20,000 nt of DNA from an uncultured virus (IMG/VR IMGVR_UViG_3300020048_000111) (Duplodnaviria > Heunggongvirae > Uroviricota > Caudoviricetes). The translations under genes were made by a program, and so were the position numbers. The stretch lies in the IMG/VR virus record IMGVR_UViG_3300020048_000111; one strand, 5' to 3'. The notes under the pieces are model-generated. The model ran no database searches. It saw only the letters and a list, made by a program, of their open reading frames with translations, and was not told the origin of the DNA. Below, one piece after another: positions 17,524 to 20,000 of the stretch (its first letter is position 1; each line of letters opens with the position of its first letter).

Positions 17524-18538
17524 AAAACCAATAATAATGTTTACCCAGCCAACAGATAAATTTTTCTTGTGGCAAATTAATTTATACGTAGAATCTTGTT
17601 TAGAAGTTGGATTTGATGAAGATAGAATACATGTTCTTCTTTATAAACCTATAGGAAGGAATTATGATAAACAGTATTGGGAACAACTCTTAAAAATTTA
17701 TCCAAAATTACAAATCTTCGTTTATGAGGATAAAGGAGTACAAAATTTTTTAGGAACTTATATTCCTATATTAAGACCTCATACTTTATGGCAACATTTT
17801 TTAGCTTACCCTGAACTACAAAATGAAACAATTCTTTATACAGATTGTGATATCCTCTGGATAAAAGGAATTGATATAGAGAAATTATTTGATGATGATG
17901 TGTGTTATGTAAGTGATGCAAAATCATATTTAAATGTTTCTTATTTTGAAAGTAAGAGTAAAGATGTTTTACCAACTAAATTTGAAGAATACAAAACAAG
18001 AGATGTAGTTAAAGAACTATGTGATATTGTAGGAATAGATAAAGAAGTGGCTGTAAAGAATAATGATAATACAGGAGGAGTACAATACATACTAAAAAAT
18101 ATAAATGCAGATTTTTGGAAAAAAATTCAAGAAGATGTTATGAAAATAAGAGTACATCTTCTAAATTTTAATAAAGAGTTCTTTGAAAATGAAAATAAAG
18201 GTATTCAAGGATGGTGCACTGATCTTTGGGTATTACAATATAATTTGTGGAAGAAAGAAGGAGGGTGTAAAGTAGTTCCTGAATTAGACTTTGCCTGGTG
18301 CAATGATCCAATTGAAAAACTAAAGATTACAAAAATCTATCACAATGCAGGAGCAACAGGAGATTTCATGGATGGGTATCCTGTGTTTTATAAAGGTAAA
18401 TATCATATGGGAACAGACCCTACACTTGATCCTCATCTAGAGGAAGTACTAACTAACGAAGAATCAAAAAAGCATTGTACATGGTATTATGCTAATAAAC
18501 TCAAAGAATTAAAAAATAAATATAATTTACAATACTAA
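17516..18538 (+). CDS. GT-A fold glycosyltransferase, resembling the HPAT/SERGT1 (GT95/GT96) peptide O-glycosyltransferases
   Basis: DxD motif in ILYTDCDIL (DCD at 17843-17851). Ordered motifs FFLWQ, YIPILRPHTL, GGVQYIL, FWKKI, GWCTDLW, IYHNAG. Confidence 0.65.
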   Translation: MFKKPIIMFTQPTDKFFLWQINLYVESCLEVGFDEDRIHVLLYKPIGRNYDKQYWEQLLKIYPKLQIFVYEDKGVQNFLGTYIPILRPHTLWQHFLAYPELQNETILYTDCDILWIKGIDIEKLFDDDVCYVSDAKSYLNVSYFESKSKDVLPTKFEEYKTRDVVKELCDIVGIDKEVAVKNNDNTGGVQYILKNINADFWKKIQEDVMKIRVHLLNFNKEFFENENKGIQGWCTDLWVLQYNLWKKEGGCKVVPELDFAWCNDPIEKLKITKIYHNAGATGDFMDGYPVFYKGKYHMGTDPTLDPHLEEVLTNEESKKHCTWYYANKLKELKNKYNLQY

Positions 18539-18549
18539 AAATTAAAGAC

Positions 18550-18999
18550 ATGCCTACATTTATTAAAGCCGGATACTGGAAAAAACTTAAATTAGGATTT
18601 GAGGGATGGTTAAATCTTGATGATTTAATTAGAAGTGTTGTTCCTTCCTCATCTATCACTACAGATGAATTAGAGGCTCTACAAGGAGCTAATTCTCCAA
18701 ATGCAACAAATCCTCTTGCCACAATAGATGATGTTGGTGTAGAGCAGATAAATGGGCTTACATTGCTTTCTACAGGGTGGTCATTGGTAAGTGGATTGTA
18801 TGAATACGATTTAGCCCATGCAAACATAACAGCTTCCACATTAGTAGACCTTATTCCTATTAATGCTGATATACAAATAGTGATAGATGCTCAAATTTTA
18901 TCAAGAACAACATCATCTGCAGGAAGTGTAAAAATCTATTCAATAAATGAACCAACAGATGATATAGATGTGACAATAACATTGACAAAACTTTTGTAA
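18550..18999 (+). CDS. Tail-fibre-associated/structural protein
   Basis: GANSPNATNPLATIDD linker and a C-terminal beta domain (TLLSTGW...GSVKIYSINEPTDDIDVTI) reminiscent of phage fibre modules. Confidence 0.5.
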   Translation: MPTFIKAGYWKKLKLGFEGWLNLDDLIRSVVPSSSITTDELEALQGANSPNATNPLATIDDVGVEQINGLTLLSTGWSLVSGLYEYDLAHANITASTLVDLIPINADIQIVIDAQILSRTTSSAGSVKIYSINEPTDDIDVTITLTKLL

Positions 19000-19000
19000 C

Positions 19001-20000
19001 ATGGCTATAGGAAAATTTAAAAGTTTAGTTGGACTTTTCACACATGTGAACCCTTTTCCGGTTCCATCGCTGCAATCATTTGCAAGTGATTTAACCGTTA
19101 TCCAGGTTGGTGCTGATTATTATTTTAAGGCTTTAGTTGGTGAAAATCTTTTAATTACCGGATATGACTTCCCGACTGGATGGACTAAAGGATTTCCGTA
19201 CAAATCGGCTGCAACAATTGATATTTTCGGACAAACAGGTGTTCCGGTTATTTCCTTATTTCAAAACTTTGATTATATAGACCAATTTTTTACAAAGCAT
19301 GTTGCTCAGGTAGTTGATGGGAATGGCGTCGAAACATCAGAGGCTTATGTGAGTGCTATTGTAGCTTATTCCGCACNNNNNNNNNNGCTTGTTGATGCTA
19401 ATCTGACAGCAGCTAATACTTATTTTGCAGTACCGGAAAAAGGTACAGCATATTGGGTATCTCCTACCGGAGCAGATGCAGCAGCAGGATCGGAGGCAGC
19501 ACCCTGGCAAACAAGTGCTAAATATAGTGCCGTAACTGATGGTACTACTATTTATCAGAAATCTGATACCATTGCACCTAATAATTCGAGTGCTATTCTA
19601 CTTTACGCTTACAATAACATAATAAAAGCAATAGGTAAAGCAGTATTTACAAGCGTTCCTAATTCCTATGCTGCAAGGATAAGAACTAATGCAAACACTT
19701 TGCAACGGTTAATTTTGAATTTAAACGGGAGTAGTGCTACTATTGCTCAGGTTAACAGTACGGGGGAATCTCTTGCTGTTAATAGTAAATGGTCAATGAT
19801 ACAGTTGATAATTAATGCAGTATCAAAAGTTAATAATATTATAAGCGGGCATACAAAGTTAATTGATGGTTGTATAATTAAAGGGGATGCTGCTGCAAAT
19901 ATTTTAGTAAACGAGGGTACAGAAAATTACACAATATCAAATAATTTATTTTTAGCTACATCAGATTATTATGGGCTTGATTTAAGTAATACAGGAACGG
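19001..20000 (+). CDS. Beta-helix tailspike/depolymerase-like protein, 3'-partial and absent from the ORF track
   Basis: ATG at 19001 (MAIGKFKSLVGLF...) is open to the window end and stays in frame across the N gap. YWVSPTGADAAAGSEAAPWQT is the typical cap motif preceding pectin-lyase-like beta-helices, followed by Asn/Ile-rich strands (IDGCIIKG, TISNNLF). Confidence 0.7.
   Translation, partial: MAIGKFKSLVGLFTHVNPFPVPSLQSFASDLTVIQVGADYYFKALVGENLLITGYDFPTGWTKGFPYKSAATIDIFGQTGVPVISLFQNFDYIDQFFTKHVAQVVDGNGVETSEAYVSAIVAYSAXXXXLVDANLTAANTYFAVPEKGTAYWVSPTGADAAAGSEAAPWQTSAKYSAVTDGTTIYQKSDTIAPNNSSAILLYAYNNIIKAIGKAVFTSVPNSYAARIRTNANTLQRLILNLNGSSATIAQVNSTGESLAVNSKWSMIQLIINAVSKVNNIISGHTKLIDGCIIKGDAAANILVNEGTENYTISNNLFLATSDYYGLDLSNTGT
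19377..19386. other. Assembly gap (10 N)
   Basis: Ten N characters; the true gap length is unknown. Confidence 0.99.

Larger units (their letters stand above)
1..20000 (+). mobile_element. Phage genome segment, crAss-like/Crassvirales-related, probable Bacteroidota host (virion RNAP/ejection genes plus late tail/lysis module)
   Basis: Giant RNAP-like gene with DFDID followed by a second giant protein. Co-oriented, tightly packed genes with phage-type M15 peptidase, HNH and tail-fibre motifs. A-rich leaders without clear Shine-Dalgarno and TAnnTTTG boxes fit Bacteroidota. No integrase or host genes seen. Confidence 0.88.

Noticed and set aside
600..18839. All minus-strand ORFs in the track (e.g. 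600..803, 9145..9564, 14905..15183, 18501..18839)
   Set aside because: They lie antisense to well-supported + strand genes, have hydrophobic shadow-like composition and show no motifs.
1..20000. Stop-codon reassignment as in some crAss-like phages
   Set aside because: Very long ORFs and dense packing are obtained with the standard bacterial code, and genes end at TAA/TGA, so nothing requires recoding. TAG reassignment cannot be formally excluded because no supported gene here uses it in frame.
11526..20000. Diversity-generating retroelement or invertase-driven fibre switching
   Set aside because: No reverse transcriptase, recombinase or TR/VR-like nucleotide repeat pair was seen in the window.
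1..20000. tRNA, rRNA or structured ncRNA genes
   Set aside because: Intergenic spaces are short and AT-rich with no recognisable cloverleaf or conserved motifs. A covariance-model search was not run.

Overview
AT-rich, entirely + strand, densely coding phage segment, most consistent with a crAss-like (Crassvirales-related) phage of Bacteroidota. It begins inside a giant virion RNA polymerase gene (RIPTQ and GADFDIDK motifs, plus a C-terminal NADAR-like domain). Next is a 1811-aa multidomain putative ejection protein (GNAT-like, zincin-like EExxH, PD-(D/E)XK, long helical C-terminus). A late module follows: M15 peptidase, tail-fibre-like genes, a holin-like gene, a Dps/ferritin-like gene, a truncated and an intact NUMOD4-HNH, a GT-A glycosyltransferase, and the start of a beta-helix tailspike-like gene. 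The main hypothesis is a phage-encoded mucin-like O-glycosylation system: three tiny proteins with poly-Thr/Ser tails (one missing from the ORF track) lie 2.4-4.2 kb upstream of a glycosyltransferase whose motif order resembles plant HPAT/SERGT1 peptide O-glycosyltransferases. Also notable are a shared IS[KR]QIGW N-terminal module on three genes and strong CpG depletion broken by two CpG-rich patches in tail-related genes. All family calls are motif recognition by eye; no searches were run.
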